From contig CAVNZM010000002.1 in NCBI GenBank assembly GCA_963693365.1, forward strand, positions 7,968,559-8,032,558: a DNA stretch of 64,000 nucleotides, read 5' to 3'. Shown piece by piece: positions 11,684-35,227 of this stretch. The DNA is from Amoebidium appalachense (lineage: Eukaryota > Protista > Ichthyosporea). The translations under genes and the position numbers were made by a program. Position 1 is the first letter of the stretch, and each line of letters begins with the position of its first letter. The notes under the pieces were generated by a model. That model was given only the letters and a program-made list of their open reading frames with translations, was not told the DNA's origin and ran no database searches.

Positions 11684-14600
11684 GTGTGTGTGTTGGTGTG
11701 TGTTGGTGTGTGTGTGTGTGTGTGGGTGTGTGGGTGTGGGTGTGGGTGGGTGTGTGTGGGTGTGTGTGTGTGTGGGTGTGTGTGGGTGTGTGTGGGTGTG
11801 TGTGTGGTGTGTGTGTGTGTGCGTGTGTGCGTCAGTGTGGAGGGGCGGGGTGAGGGGTGAATGGGTGGCTCTGAATAGGTGAATGGGTGACTCTTGGTTA
11901 GCTGGGCTATGTCAAAATTATGTGAGTGGCTGTGTTTCGCGTTTCGGTGCGCATGTGTGAGGTGTGAGTGCGCCGCCCGCACGTGTCTCCCCAGGCAGTA
12001 ATAACGTGTGCACGTACATGTCAGTGTTTGCCGTGGTGGTCTTGCAGCAAAGTGCAAACATCATGGCATGGGGTTTTGCAATTTTTGGGGGTGCTTGGTT
12101 GGCCTTGAGTGCCTGAATTATGCCCATACCCACAACGAGTGACCCGGCCAGGACGAAATCTGACCATAGACAATATGCAGATGTTTGAGAGCCATACTGC
12201 ATTTAGTTTCTTTTACAAACACACACAATGAAAAACGAAATGTGTGTGTGCACTGGTCGCCATGTCACGGTCGGTGTGTTTATTTGAGTGTGAGTGTGTG
12301 CGTGTGCGTGTGCGTGTGCGTGCGTGTGTGTGAGTGTGTGTGCACGTGTGTGTACGTGTGTGTGTGTGTGGGAACGTTTGCTGGCCCGGTGGCAGGTACA
12401 TAGTGGCAGTGTGGCGGCGGGACACATGTTGCGTGGGGGGGGAGGGGGGAGGGGGAGGGTTGGGAGGGGGGGGGGAGGGGGAGGGGGAGGACTTTAATAC
12501 TACAAAAATGATAGGGTGCATCTTCCTCGATAGTTGTAACACCCCCGTTTCAGTAGCCAAGCTCAAAGACCACACCCGGTCCGGTACCAGGGTGTAACAG
12601 TTGAAAATCATGGTTTGCACAGATAAATACTATCTAGTCCCTACAAGTTGATACATATGCACACGCACGCATGAGCACACGCGTACGCACAGCTGAGCGC
12701 AATGCCTAAACTTTCTTTCTTCCTTCGTCCATTGGCACACCGAACAAAACGTTTTTTGCTCTACCTGCACGCACCCCTTTGAAGCCACAAATTCCCCAGT
12801 GTTTTTCCAAACACATTCCATCTAGAGTTGAAGATGCACCCCAACATGCCAATGTCCAGATGCTCAGGATGCACTGTGCAGAGATAACAGCACGTGTGCA
12901 TCACACACACAGGTACATGAGGCAGTCATGCTCGGGGCACCTGTACACGTGCATGCATGCTAGCAACGGCTCGCTAGAGCGCCAAAAGAAAAATCATTGG
13001 TCTGAGCAACGAATTCACGCACATACCTGCCAGTTGATGTCTGCGCTGTTTGCTTGCCACGACCCATCGTGGCTGAAAGCATTAAACCTGATGCCTCGGT
13101 TAACAACGGCCGCCCCGTACTGCCTTTTTTCGCCTGTTGTATTTCTTATAACACTTCAATCATCGTCTGGTAGTTCTAAGATCGGGGGTGATTTCCCGTT
13201 TTCGCTCCCTCTCTCCCACTTCAAACGTCCCTGCCGCGCACCTAGTCTATGTGCCTAGATTATAATCAGGTTTTCCGTGCTTACCATCATAAATTCTCTT
13301 CCGCACTTTCTCGTTTCTTTCCATTCCTTCCCCTTCTTAGTCATCTTCGACAGGTGCGTGGGTGTCAACGTTGGTGTTTCGTGTGTCTGCAGCTGCCACA
13401 ACCACATAAATATTGGCGCCAAAATGACTTTAATCCAATCATATACTTTATAATCTGATATGTGACGTCACGGTCAAGCTGTGACGGGGCACTGTCGGGG
13501 AATGGACACAAAAAAAGCAAAGCTGTGCTATGCACGCAGGTGTTTGTATAGTCCCGTAACAAAACTGATTTCTGAACACGTGTACACCTGTGACTAGCTA
13601 AGAAAAGGTTGCAACAGCGAATGATAGATATCCCTATGCATTCCCAGCCTTCCATGGTGAAATTCTCTACTCTACATGTGTACGAAGATGTGCACATTGT
13701 GCGCTCATCAGGCATGAAATACTCGCTTCTGCTTGAGGTGCCTTTCCACACGCGACCACGTATCCGCAGCATTCGTTTTGCTTACACGATGTGCGAGGGA
13801 TGTGACCTAATGTATTTTCGGGCAAGGTTTCAGTAATATGCATATGCATATGCATATGGATACTGAACTGGCACGCATATATGAGACAGTGAAGTTCACG
13901 AAGCATTGTCAAATGTGGAGATGGTGCACCATTCTCTAGAAAATAACGCAAGGGGAATTCACCTAGCATTGGTGTACAGAAGGCGAGGCTTGAATCTGTG
14001 GAATTCCGTTACTGTGGTAACAGATATGTCACACTCACGATGGCGATCGATGTGTTGTTTTGAACCCGCCTTCCTACCTAACACCCTCTGAGCTGTCTCT
14101 CCTTTTTGCGTTTTACTTTTTTTTTTCAGCCCGCAAACGGGTGCGAACGACAGTATGAAGTTCAACGTGAGGGGATAGATCAGTACCTGTCAGCCTTCCT
14201 ACTGTAGCTACCCTACAGCGCGTGGGTAGCTGACAGTGTGTAATACATGTTGGCACGGGCGCGTTTATACTACAGAACGCTCTCTCTTTCACACGCACGC
14301 ACGCACGCACGCACGTACGCACGCCCCCTCGCCTGCCCGCACGCACACGCACACAACACGGTACATGTGAGTGTACATGTCTTTGTGAGTTGAACACGGG
14401 TTTGCACCGGCCTTGGTTTGCACTGCCAGGCAGCGTGGGCAGAACGGCACGCAACCAATCCGCTGCGCGCGCCTCAGAAAGGGCAACCAATCAGATATCG
14501 GTGATGCTGTCTGGGCCAACCATATTGCACATAGATCGATGATGATAACAGAAAAGTGTGCCCCACCGGCGCGCGCTTGTCTCTTCTTTTGTCACGGTGA

Positions 14601-14783
14601 AGTGAAAGAGAAGGGCGGGACGATATGCCATGTGGTGTGAGTGTTTATAGGCTTACAAAACCCGTGTTAAAGTATATGTTTATGAGCGCATACGTGGTCA
14701 TGAAAATACACACATAGGTTCTGTATACGCACACACACAGGGCCAGGAGGGCACAAGCTGTGTAAACGTAGCAGGTGTCAGCC

Positions 14784-23598
<8,815 letters not shown>

Positions 23599-24051
23599 CT
23601 TTAATTTTTAATGGACCAATGGCACACTTGCGTTTTTGGGAACGGCAGGTTGGTAGTTTAGCTTGGTTGAAGGTGGTGTGGTGGGTTTCTGTAATCTATC
23701 AGGGGTTAAATAAATAACCCATTTTGTCACTTTTTTATCCCTTAAATCTGCACAAAACGGCATGCAACGGGTCAAATATGAATCTTGGTGCATGAACACA
23801 GAAAAGGTTAGGATGTGAAGATGCATATTTACGAAAAAGGCCCTCGTAATCCCGTGAATGAAAGTGAAAATATTATTTCTTCCGATTTTTTCGTGCTCTC
23901 CCGTGTTATATCGTTTCTTTTTTGTGTTCGAGGTTCAGTCTTTCTGTGCTTTCCTGCTGTTTTTGATTGAAATGATAATGTATCATGTAGACTAACACAT
24001 TGATTGTTTTGATACACTACCAAGAGTTACCCAAAACCGAATGCAAATGAT

Positions 24052-24756
<705 letters not shown>

Positions 24757-24937
24757 TCTCTCTCTCTTTCTCTCTTGCTCCCCCCCCCCCTCCCACCCCA
24801 CCCACCCACCCACCCACCCCACCCCCTATCTGCCAAATGTGGATGCTCTGTGTGCTATTTGTTTGCAGAATCTACTACGTTGTCCGTTGTGAATGTACAC
24901 TGCATTCTCGTTAAAGAATTTTACACACACTAATTTA

Positions 24938-24978
<41 letters not shown>

Positions 24979-25004
24979 GGACCTCTGACAATATTGAAAT
25001 AGTT

Positions 25005-25253
25005 GCGGGTTTACGCTGTTTACTCGAGGCAAAGAGAGACCAGTCTCAGGTATGGGGGGGTTTTGCTCGGAATATCCCCTCAGCGGTATATCACGTACAT
25101 AGCTGTCGGGTGATGATGATATATCAGGGTTTACTTTCTCTACGAGACACCATAAAGACTAAGAAAAATCGATAAGTTGGGGTTCCCCGTTTTTTTTTGT
25201 TTTTTTTTTTTGTTTTTTTTTTGGGCTCCCCTGGGACACTCGGTATCAGCTGG

Positions 25254-25290
<37 letters not shown>

Positions 25291-25810
25291 AGAATTATTT
25301 TGTAATGATGTGTGTCTCAAGCCAATCAATACTATAAACAGGTCGTAGTTTCGCGTGTCAAGTTAGTATAAAATCAAGGATGTTGTAGTTTACAGGTAGG
25401 CTATCTTTCTGGGTGTCTGTTGTGAATGTGACGTGTGTGTGTTGCGGTATTATGTGGTCTATCAAACTACATTTGACGATACATGACCGTTTAAACTGGT
25501 GTGTGTGTGTGTGTTGTTTGGGCATGCAAATGATGCCACCTTATACTTATTAGATCTCCACTGTATAGCACGTGTACAGTAAAAGCGTGGTATGTGATCA
25601 ATAATACCATCAGCTAGAGAAAGACCAATTCTACAGGAAGGTAATATGTATTTAGGCGTTACACATTTGCAAGTGCCATATTTGGCAATATGGTTAAGGC
25701 GGTCATTATATATAAAACGAGACATAAGGTTTAGTTTTTCAAGGCGTATGCTTTCATCGGGTCTGGTGTCGTGTGATATCTTTTTCCATTTGTTATATTG
25801 CGTAATAGTT
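25005..25810 (-). mobile_element. Diverged, 5'-truncated 3' fragment of LINE family A
   Basis: Colinear with 40184-41055 (end of ORF2, (TG)n, T-tract, 200-nt terminal segment), with substitutions and small indels. Confidence 0.92.
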
Positions 25811-26168
25811 GAGTGCACGTGCACGCGTACTGAATTATTCAATACAGTACTATTGGCCGGGGTGGGTACTTGTCCATTCATGATCATTGAAAGTTTTTGT
25901 GTATTCTCTGTATTATCTGCAATGCTAATTCCACATGCATCTGTTCAAGAAGGATGGCTTTGAAAGACTCGAGGCAACATCCCCCCCCCACCCCCTCCCC
26001 CCCCCCCCCGGCAGGCGCCCAACAACTCCACCACCACAGAAAAGATTCTTCGCTTATTAGTCATCCTTGGTTCATCTGCACACACACGCACACCCTAGCC
26101 TCCCCCTCCCTCCCCCCCCCCCCCCCCCTCCCCTCCCCAAACATACACACACACACACACACACACAC

Positions 26169-26251
<83 letters not shown>

Positions 26252-26326
26252 CCCGCACGGCCCTTGCTGCCTAGCCACTTGTTTTTTGCCTTTCCCTGCT
26301 CCCTCTTGTCCTTAGCAACCCCATCA

Positions 26327-26372
<46 letters not shown>

Positions 26373-26426
26373 ACTACCATCACCACCACCCACCCATCTC
26401 TCTGATGTTTGCTTGTGCTCCCACAG

Positions 26427-28167
26427 TCGCTGCTCGAGCACGCCCAAAATGGCTGTCTGTCGGACCCCCCCGGCCTACCCCTCTACTACGAGACCACTGC
26501 CGACGCAGATGGGCTCATGCGCTACCGCTGCATCCAGGGCACCAACGTTAACGAGGTGGAGGGGGCAGTGCACAACCCCCTGGCCACCCACTTTGGGGCC
26601 ACACGCATGTCGCTGCGCCTGCTGGACGCCACCATGTCCAATAGGCGCCACCGCCACAACCTGCGTGCACTTTATCAACCGCCTGGGCCAGGCATCGGGT
26701 CCCCCCCACTACAGCCCCTGGATTGTGGACGACATGGAGGCACTGGCCCTGATGCTGTACGGCCATCACCTCGACCCCCAGTGGGTACCCGTGGGCTGCT
26801 ACAAGCTACCGGAGGAGTACTTCAACTTTGCTCCCCTCTCCTGTGTGGCCAATGCCCCGGCGCAGGAGCCAGTTGCGGTGCCCGCACCCCCACCTCCGTC
26901 TGATAACAACGAGCTTGCAGCCAATGGCGTGATGGGCGGGCCAGAGGACTGTGAGGTCGAGGAGGGTGACGGTGCTGCCAGGGGGGGGGGGGGCAACCAG
27001 GTGGCGCGTGGTGCACCACAGCCTGACCCTGCACTGAGGGGCGACTACAAGTTCCTGGCGCAGAAGCAACATGTGGCCATCCCCTTCCTTCCGGTGCTTA
27101 CCCCTCAGGAGCGCAAGCTATTCAGCACGCTGCTCCTGGGCACCTACAAGGCACATGCAAAGCCCAACGGCCAGCTGTTTGAGGCTTTGGCCCAAGACTT
27201 CAACAAGGCTGCCTCTGTGGCTGGGGGCATCTACATGAAGGATGCGGCCTGCATCAAGAAGCATTTCGACAAGTGGAAGTCTTAGACCTGGCAGACGGTA
27301 CATGCACAGCGCTCCACACGCGAGGGCCTGGCAGATCACCGCAAGCGTATGCGCGAGGAGAGGGCAGACACTGTGCCAGCAACCATACGGCCTGCCCCCC
27401 TGCCACCCCTCCCTGTTCCAGACGGTGTCGATGCAGAGGCGCAGCGTGAGCAGCCCTTGCCCATGCGTGTGGGCAAGAAGCATCGCGACATTGGGCCTGA
27501 GGGGCCCCTGCAGATGGATTTGCCGGTGCCCCCTCCTATGCAGCCGCCCCAGAGAGCCCCCAAGACCTGCAAGACGTGTGGCCGCCAGGGCAAGGGCTGC
27601 CCCGGCTCCAATCGGGCCAAGAGCTGCCCACGTTGGGTTGCAGCCAATCAGGATGCCATGCCACCAGCACCCCCGCTTGACATGCAGCAGGGCCATGTGC
27701 TGCACATGCCCCCTGTACCCCATCCAGGCCCGCACCACCCACATGGCTGGCCCCCACCGTGGGGCATCATGCCGCCTCAGCCCGGCCCTGCCTTCCCCAT
27801 GCCTGGGCTACTGCCGCAGCACGGTCCCCATCCTTACTTGGGCCATGTGGGCCAGCCCTCAGCTGGTGGGCAGTTCCCACCCCCTTCTCGTGCATCTGCT
27901 GTGCTGGGCCTGCCGTTGCCACGTGCTGGAGAGACGCAGCTGCGATGGCACGATCGAAAGCAAAGTAATCGTGGCCGCAAGTCTGGAGGCAGCCAATCAG
28001 GATCTCAGAGTAGTCAGAGTAGCCAAACTAGTGTCTATTGGAATGTACACCAATGTAACGGATCTCATATGTGTTGTAGCGCTTCAAGTTATACCTGTTC
28101 TTCGTACAGTCATGTTAAGGGGGGGGGGGGGGGGGGGTTCATTCCGAAGTTTACTGTTAAGAATTAA
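26427..28167 (+). pseudogene. Disrupted transposase-like coding remnant (C-terminal part)
   Basis: Acceptor CAG at 26424-26426, then GCLSDPPGLPLYY...GLMRYRCIQGTNVNEVEGAVH...FG...RHRHN, resembling the CxxDPPG/RCxRGTNxxEG motif I recall from DUF6729-associated repetitive proteins. A downstream CKTCGRQGKGCPG...C Zn-knuckle-like motif is present. Frameshift at ~26670 and in-frame TAG at 27283-27285. Confidence 0.55.
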
Positions 28168-28497
28168 AATTTAGAATCTGAGTAATAGTACAGAGCCATT
28201 GCACTTTTCTCTGTTTGTTAGTAATTCTTTGTGATCGAGAGTATGGTGTGTTAGACTAATGGTGTTAATGTGTCCTGGAAGGTGTATAATGTCTGCTGGC
28301 CGCGGTCAGTATTTATTTTTAGGTATATATATTTATAAATGTTGGCCGCTGGCCAATAAATAGCAAGTAATAAACACACGATAAAGTCAACAGTGTGCCA
28401 AAAAACTAATCCCCAGCGAGCGCACCCAGTGATGTGTGTGTGTGTGTGTAAGTGTGTGTGTGTGTGTGCGTGCGTGTGTGCGTGTGTGCGTGCGTGC

Positions 28498-28528
<31 letters not shown>

Positions 28529-29761
28529 CGCGTGTGTGTGTGTGTATGTGTGTATGTGTGGTGTGGTGTGCGCGCGGCTTGTTACATATGTACGTGTTCA
28601 TGTGCACCTGTGTCGGACCGAGGAAGTACATGAAAGTAAATTTTGACAGTATCTGCCGGTGTGTATGTGTATGTGTGCCAGTGCAGCAGGTGTGCCTTGT
28701 AACTGATAGCTTCGCTTTTGTGTGTGTGTATATAGTAGTACACGGTAGACACTTGCTGATCATTCGGATCGACATTAATATTTAATCTGTCGGTCCTCGG
28801 TTTTTTGAGTGAATGATGATCAAGTATAAGAGCATTCACTTGGCAAGTATTAATGTTGCAGAGGCTAGCTGCAGCTGCAAGCGTAGGATGCACACTGACA
28901 ATTGTCTTTTCAGCGAGTCTAACCTGCAGGCTGCAGCTGCACACATATAGGGTTGTTATCTTGCGTCATGCACGGTGATCGTTTCAGAGTAATAGAGTTC
29001 AGAGCAATGAAAACAATGAAAATAACTAAACTTTGTGACTATAAAGTTGCTGAGATCATACGTGGTGCAAGCTGCACTGTGAACACATGTACAGTGCTAG
29101 TAATTAATAAATTTTTGCCACCTTCGGCAGGGTTACCGTAGCTACGTCACGGCCTGCACTCAAGGCCGGGGGGGGGGGGGGGGGGAGCATGATTCGAAGG
29201 GGATTATAAATAAGAACATGCACCTAAAGGTCTTTCCCGTGGATCCTCCCCCCTCCCCCCCCCCCCCCCATCCCTCCCACCTCTCCCTCCCCCGGGGCCC
29301 CATACTATGATATCTAGGCCCAATATTATGTGCCCCTCCTCCCCCCCCCCCCCCCCCCCCCCTCTCCGGATCCCCGCACCCCACTTCCCTACCCGGAGCT
29401 CGAGAGCCCCCCTCCCCCCCCCCCTCCCCCCCCCCCCCCCCCCCAAAGGCTTACGGGGGCCCTTCTTCATTGAGGGGGAGGGGGTGGGGGTGGGGTGGGG
29501 GGGGGGGGGGAGGGGGAGGCGGGGGTGGATGCATGTCAGCCTAGGTGAATTCAATTGTTTAACTCCAGTGTACAGGACTGGTCTGAAGGCTTAAGAAAAC
29601 AACGAGGACATGGGGTCCAGTGGACTCGGAGGTGGTGGTGGTGACTGCTCTGTGTGTGTGTGTACACGTGCACGTATGTGTGTGGTTTTTTTTGGGGGGG
29701 GGATCGTGGTGGTGGTGGTGGTGGTGGTGGTCACCGTGGTGGTGGTGTGTGTGTCTGGTGT

Positions 29762-29826
<65 letters not shown>

Positions 29827-30870
29827 TAAAAAGAAAAACTGCTCGAGGGTCACTGTTTTTCGTCACTGTATTTGTAACGGGCCGCTCATATTGATAAAGC
29901 TACTTTAAGTACACGTGTTCATTATCATATACGATAGCCAAATATAGAAATTTTGGCGTCGAAGTTCTTGGAGCTAAAAAAACGTTCAAAAAAAGGGGAA
30001 ATAATAACTGGGCCCCAAATTTACCTTGCCGTTTTTAGCGAATGTATTTTTTATCCATGAGTTCTAGTAATTCAGTGAGTGCACGTGCCTGCCTCAGGCT
30101 GATCATCATGACAATTGCAACACACCATTCCTACATGGATATCAACCAAAAGAAAATAGTCTCTACTGTGGTGGTCTCCTAAACCTTGTGCGGCATGCGC
30201 ATACATGGTATTACAGTGACGCATGTGCATATTATTGTTCTATACACCGGAGTGTGGTGCACGTGGCTGTTTTGTGCACATGCTACAATAGCAGAACGAT
30301 CTCCCTAAACTCCATGTTTACACATCCCTCACCCTGGCTCTGCCTTGTCGGTGCTCCAAAACACACACACAAATCCCCCTAGACTCAGGGCCTGCACATG
30401 GTCGCATTCACGTGCAGGTCACGTGACACATGCAATGCCATCCTGCCGTCTAGAGCAACAACCACGGCAGCATGTATACCGGCAGCACGAAATATACTTA
30501 TCGGCAGCCCACTGAACTCGCCTATTTTCTTTTTTTCATGTATGATCATGACCCTGCTTTTTTGTGAAGTCACCCTTTTTGGCCTCCCGGTAGTGGATTT
30601 TGCAGGATTTGACTTCTTTGAGGTCCAAAAACCTCAAATTTTCCCGGGCCGGCGCCGGGGAGGGAGAATTCAAAAATTGCCCGCTCGATCCTGATATGGT
30701 ACGTACCCGGGGGTTTACACACTTTTTATTGCGTGGACATTGCCGGAGGCCCAGCCACATTCGACGGCCTACTGCGTTTTCCAGCACAGCCAATCAAATG
30801 CAGCCAGTGACATATGTACATGCTAGGCAACAATGAGCGCCATCGTAGGATCTGACACCCCTATTACATA

Positions 30871-33800
30871 TTATGGGTAAGCAGATGCTAGCATCGGTAG
30901 CTCCGACAGAAAGTTAAGGCACCGGATCACAATATCATACTGTGCAGCATTAATAAGGTGATCTAGGATAGTCATCTTAAAACGGATATATTGAGGAAGA
31001 GATGAAGAAAAGAGAATAAAACCGCCAATAACCTCCGGTTCTAATACATTAGCTAACAGGTTGCATTTATTGATAGATATGCAGCCGCGAGTAAACCGCC
31101 CCCCACACATATTACACATACGAGCAGGAGACACCAGAAACCGATTACACCGCCAAGCCATAATCATCTTTGCGTTTTTACACCACACCACATTACGAAT
31201 AAACGAATCTATGTATGAACGAGACTCTCTAACCGTATCCGCCATATAGGCTACTAGTAGTTGGTGTTTGTGCGGTCCTAACACCGGAAGGGACTCAACA
31301 CGTAGAGTAAAAAGATATCTATCAGCCATAGACTTGAAACTATTCATATTCACACTATGATCTAGCCGTACCTCCGGGGGGGTCGCCAGCCATTCCACAT
31401 AGCGCTCGGCAATGGGCAGAGACGATGGGGAAGGGAAGAGGTACAGGGGCGAATCCGGCGGGGATGCGTGTAGCCGGAAGAGCGGGTGGTCCGGGGCACA
31501 AGCGGACAGGCGGGTGATGTGCTCGTGAAATTTAAGGGCTAATTCGTGTACGCGTTGTGATGGTGGTGTGAGTGCGTAGAGAGAATCAAAAAGGCGTCTA
31601 GGGATAGGTGTGGAAAGACCAGTGAGAAACATACAACAAGTTGTGTAATGGAAATCATCTAATGATTTGAGGACATTAGTAACAGTATCAGGGGGTGCCA
31701 TAGCTAGTAAGGGCAACCCGTATTCCGACAAAGGGCGAATATATGTGCGAAATATACTAAGACGATTGTATAGGTGGACAGTATGAGAAAGAGAAGCAAG
31801 ATACACATCCCGAAATAACCGAAGACACCTGCCTGCACTCTCCACCCGACGGTCGATCATCCGTTTGAAACATATGCCCCATTCGTCCACCGGAATCCCC
31901 AAATACTTGTATTCGATTGGGCGAGGGAGGGGACTGCCGAAAATACAAACGTCGTCCCATGCCGGTATCGATTTTGATAAAAGGGCACACTTTTTGACAT
32001 TAATCTGCATATCGTTGCGCTGGCACCAATGTTCAACCACACGAATGTATTGCCGTAGTTCGAGAGGATCGGATGACATAAGCACAATATCGTCGGCAAA
32101 AAAGAGGGCGGGAGGAGCCTGGGATGGCAACCCCCCGTCAATTTGTGCCGCAGAAAGAGTGTCGGCTAAATCATCAATATACAGGTTGAAAAGAAGAGGA
32201 CTTAGCAGGGACCCTTGAAGTACCCCGCGCGTGCGGGTAAACCCTGGGGATAGCCGCCCATTAACCACCGCTCGTCCGCGTGTAAACGTAAACATAGCTT
32301 CCAGTAGCCGACCCATTTGGAATGGGACACCGCGAGTGGCTAACTTGGCCCACAGGCGAGGGAGGTCGACCGTGTCGTACGCGTTCTTAAAATCGATAAA
32401 TACGAGGTGCTCGGTATCACTTTGAGTTGCATTATGTAGAGTGAGGATTTGTGCGTAACATGAGTGTCGATGCCGAAACGCCGCCTGAAGAGGGCTCAGC
32501 TGGGAAGCCTGCTTAAGGGTGGGGTTACGGGAAAAGGCCTGTAAAAGGCCACTTTCGAATAATCGGCGAAAAACGGACGTAAGGGTGATAGGGCGAAATT
32601 CGTGGATGGGACCCTGTGCAACCGTTTTCTTGATGGGAAACACTAAGGTGCCACCTAGCCACTCCGAGGGCACTTTACCGACATCAGAATACCAGCTAAA
32701 CAACTCGCTAAGAATACATGTAAGTGGTGGCGGCGGGCCACGCTTTTCGTCTTTCTCGGGTCGGGGTGGGATGAGTACCTTAAGTAGTGCCATAGGGATG
32801 CCGTCCGGCCCGCACGCTTTGCGGGACGGGTAACGGGAGACTAACTGCCATACCGCATCTGGGGTAAAAAGTTCCCCCAATTCCGCCCCAAACTCAGCCG
32901 GCCCCGCTGGCCACGCCGTGTGTGGTGGTGGTGGTGTGTCGGAGGGTGGAACAAAAACAGGAGGGGGCGCCTGCCCCAGGTCCGTGGCCATACATGTCGG
33001 GTTACGTTTAAACAGGGTGCCGTAAAAGGAATCGGTTGCAGATTCCGGGTCGGATGACGGGTCGGCCGTTATTCGAATCGAATGATCGCCGCGATCAATC
33101 TTCCGAATATTACCCAATAGCATGTGATACGGTAGAGGCTTACGTAAGGCAGCCTCCGCTCGAGGGCCGCGAGTGTGTGTAGTTCGTGCTTGTGGGTAAA
33201 CTTGGGCACCTAAACAGGCATATTCACCTATGTCCCACAAGGTTTCTCGTACTGTAGACCAGACGCTATCGATGAAGGTCTGGTCGGTGCGTAGTGGGGT
33301 TTGGCGTCCATCACGCACAAGCGATAATAGACTCGGTTGCACCGTCTCGAAAAAGAAGCGAGTGTCTGCTTGGCCGCGCTGGCTTTTAAGTTCGCGTACG
33401 TTAAGTCTGTAAGTGTGTTGTGGTGACGGCGTAGAACGGCTAAGTGTAGTGCGAAAGACTATAGGTAGGTGGTCTGACGGTGGGGGGTGTAGGTTGTGGT
33501 GTATGTGTAAGGTGCAAGGACCAGAGGCTGCCCCCCAGTCCGTGCGGTGTTCTTGTACTACAGATGGAAGAGTAAGGCGTAAGGCTGTAACAAAAGTGTG
33601 AAAGGTTGGCGTGCGTGGGTGGTTGGGTTTAAGTAGGGCCTGTGGGTGGCCGTGTAGGGGGTGTGGGGTGGTAGTTAGCGGGCTATTAAAGTCTCCTAAC
33701 ACTAGTGTGGGGTTATGTGGGGCGATGGTGTTAAGCTCGTGTTTAAGTGCTAGAAGTGGAAGGCTAGGTGGAAAATAAACAAAAGTGCATATATGGCCAC

Positions 33801-34079
33801 AAACTGAGATGGTGAGTGTGTGTATTGTACGTGCTATAACTGAACAGTGGTTAACAAAGTGGTAGGCGGCGATGAACACTATGCCGGAGTGAGGCTTGTG
33901 GCCCACAGGCTGAGTAGACTCGCCGACGAGCCGTCCAGACCGACGGAGTGTGGCGTGGTCTCGCCACCACGTTTCTGCGACAACAATAAACGGGAACTCC
34001 TGTTGGGGTAACGAAAGAAGAAACTGTGTGGACTACTCTTATTTAGACTACGAGCATTCCAGAAAAGAAAGGAGAGCAT
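30871..34079 (-). CDS. LINE B ORF2: AP endonuclease + reverse transcriptase + C-terminal Cys-rich motif; -1 frame break at ~34032-33980
   Basis: FWNARSL / IVVAETWW, LGDFN, SDHLPI; GPDGIP, FRPITL, FIDFKNAYDTV, RGVLQGSLLSPLLFNLYIDDL, FFADD, YKYLGI; WRCN...CNMC...C...C. Confidence 0.93.
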
Positions 34080-34081
34080 GC

Positions 34082-35227
34082 TTACTGGGAGTTGGCTGGT
34101 GCGGCGGTGGGGTCGTAGGGCTTGCTGAAGACCTGCACGTGCTGAGCCTCCCAGTAGGCACGCACCTCAGCTGCTGTTTTGGCCCGGCTGTCGTGTGCCG
34201 GGTAAAGTGTGGCTGCCTTGACAGCCCATGCATGGGCGTTGGCCATTCTTGCAAGCACCCGGCGTTGCCAAGAGGCCCGGGCAGCGGCCTCTGCATCAAC
34301 ACGGTTAAGTGTGGTGTTGTAGGGAGCCGTAGGATCGAAGTCTGCGAGAAAGGTGGCGTCGGTAGCACGTTGGATGATGTTTATGAGGGTATCACGGTAG
34401 CCGGCACGCACAATGAACACTGTGTAGCGACGGCCAATGAAGAGCATGTCGGGAATCATTCGGTTGAGGACACCGAGGGTGTAAAGACGGTCACGCATGG
34501 TGCTGATGTTGGCCGGCACCAAGGTGAAGGCTGCAGTGGTCAACTCGGACTCGTCGGTACCCTGAGGGGCAGGGTCAGACGCCACCCGAGGGCGGCGGGT
34601 TGGGTGCAGTGCTGACGCTGCGGCAAGGGCTGCCAAAGCCTGGGTAGCCCCGTGGGTCTGGGCCACCGACTCGGCATACGTTTTGACTTTCTCGGACACG
34701 TACACGGTCTTGGCGTCCACCGTAGTGCGGTACACCTTAGGATTCGTTGTGGGTATGAACTTGGGAGACCCCGGGGGGGTGGGTAACCCATCGGGGGTTG
34801 CCTGTGCTGCAGGGGCCGGGCCCGCGTGGGCAGGGCCGGTGGGGGTTGCCCGGTCAGCTTCCAGCTGCCGTAAGCGCGTCTCCATTTGCTGCACAAGGAG
34901 GTCTGTGTGGTCCTGTTTGGCTTTATACTCAGCTACTTGGGTTGTTAAGTCGGAGACTTGGGTGCGGAGCTGCTCATGATGCGCCATAAGTTTGAGCACG
35001 GCTTTCCTAGCCTTCTCGGGTATCAAGTGCAGTTGTTCTTTCGAAATAAAACTACTTGCTGGCGGCACGGCCGGTGGCGCTTTAACCTCGGGAAAGGGAA
35101 CCTGTTCCGCTCGGCTCAGTTTAGTTAGCCTCTTATCTGGGGATTCTCCATCCCGTGTATCACGTTTGCGGCTCCCAGGCGGTGTCCCAGGAGGGTCCGG
35201 GGACAAGGATGCATCCTGAGACGCCAT
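34082..35227 (-). CDS. LINE B ORF1 (381 aa, coiled-coil, presumed RNA-binding)
   Basis: Intact ORF directly upstream of ORF2 (TAA-gc-ATG junction), with heptad segment EQLRTQVSDLTTQVAEYK...LRQLE. Confidence 0.85.
   Translation of the reverse strand: MASQDASLSPDPPGTPPGSRKRDTRDGESPDKRLTKLSRAEQVPFPEVKAPPAVPPASSFISKEQLHLIPEKARKAVLKLMAHHEQLRTQVSDLTTQVAEYKAKQDHTDLLVQQMETRLRQLEADRATPTGPAHAGPAPAAQATPDGLPTPPGSPKFIPTTNPKVYRTTVDAKTVYVSEKVKTYAESVAQTHGATQALAALAAASALHPTRRPRVASDPAPQGTDESELTTAAFTLVPANISTMRDRLYTLGVLNRMIPDMLFIGRRYTVFIVRAGYRDTLINIIQRATDATFLADFDPTAPYNTTLNRVDAEAAARASWQRRVLARMANAHAWAVKAATLYPAHDSRAKTAAEVRAYWEAQHVQVFSKPYDPTAAPANSQ

Noticed and set aside
11918-13350. Minus-strand exon-like segments with GTACGT/GTATGT/GTAAGC donors
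   Set aside because: No coherent coding frame; they may be UTR exons of the SMCO4-like gene but this is unsupported.
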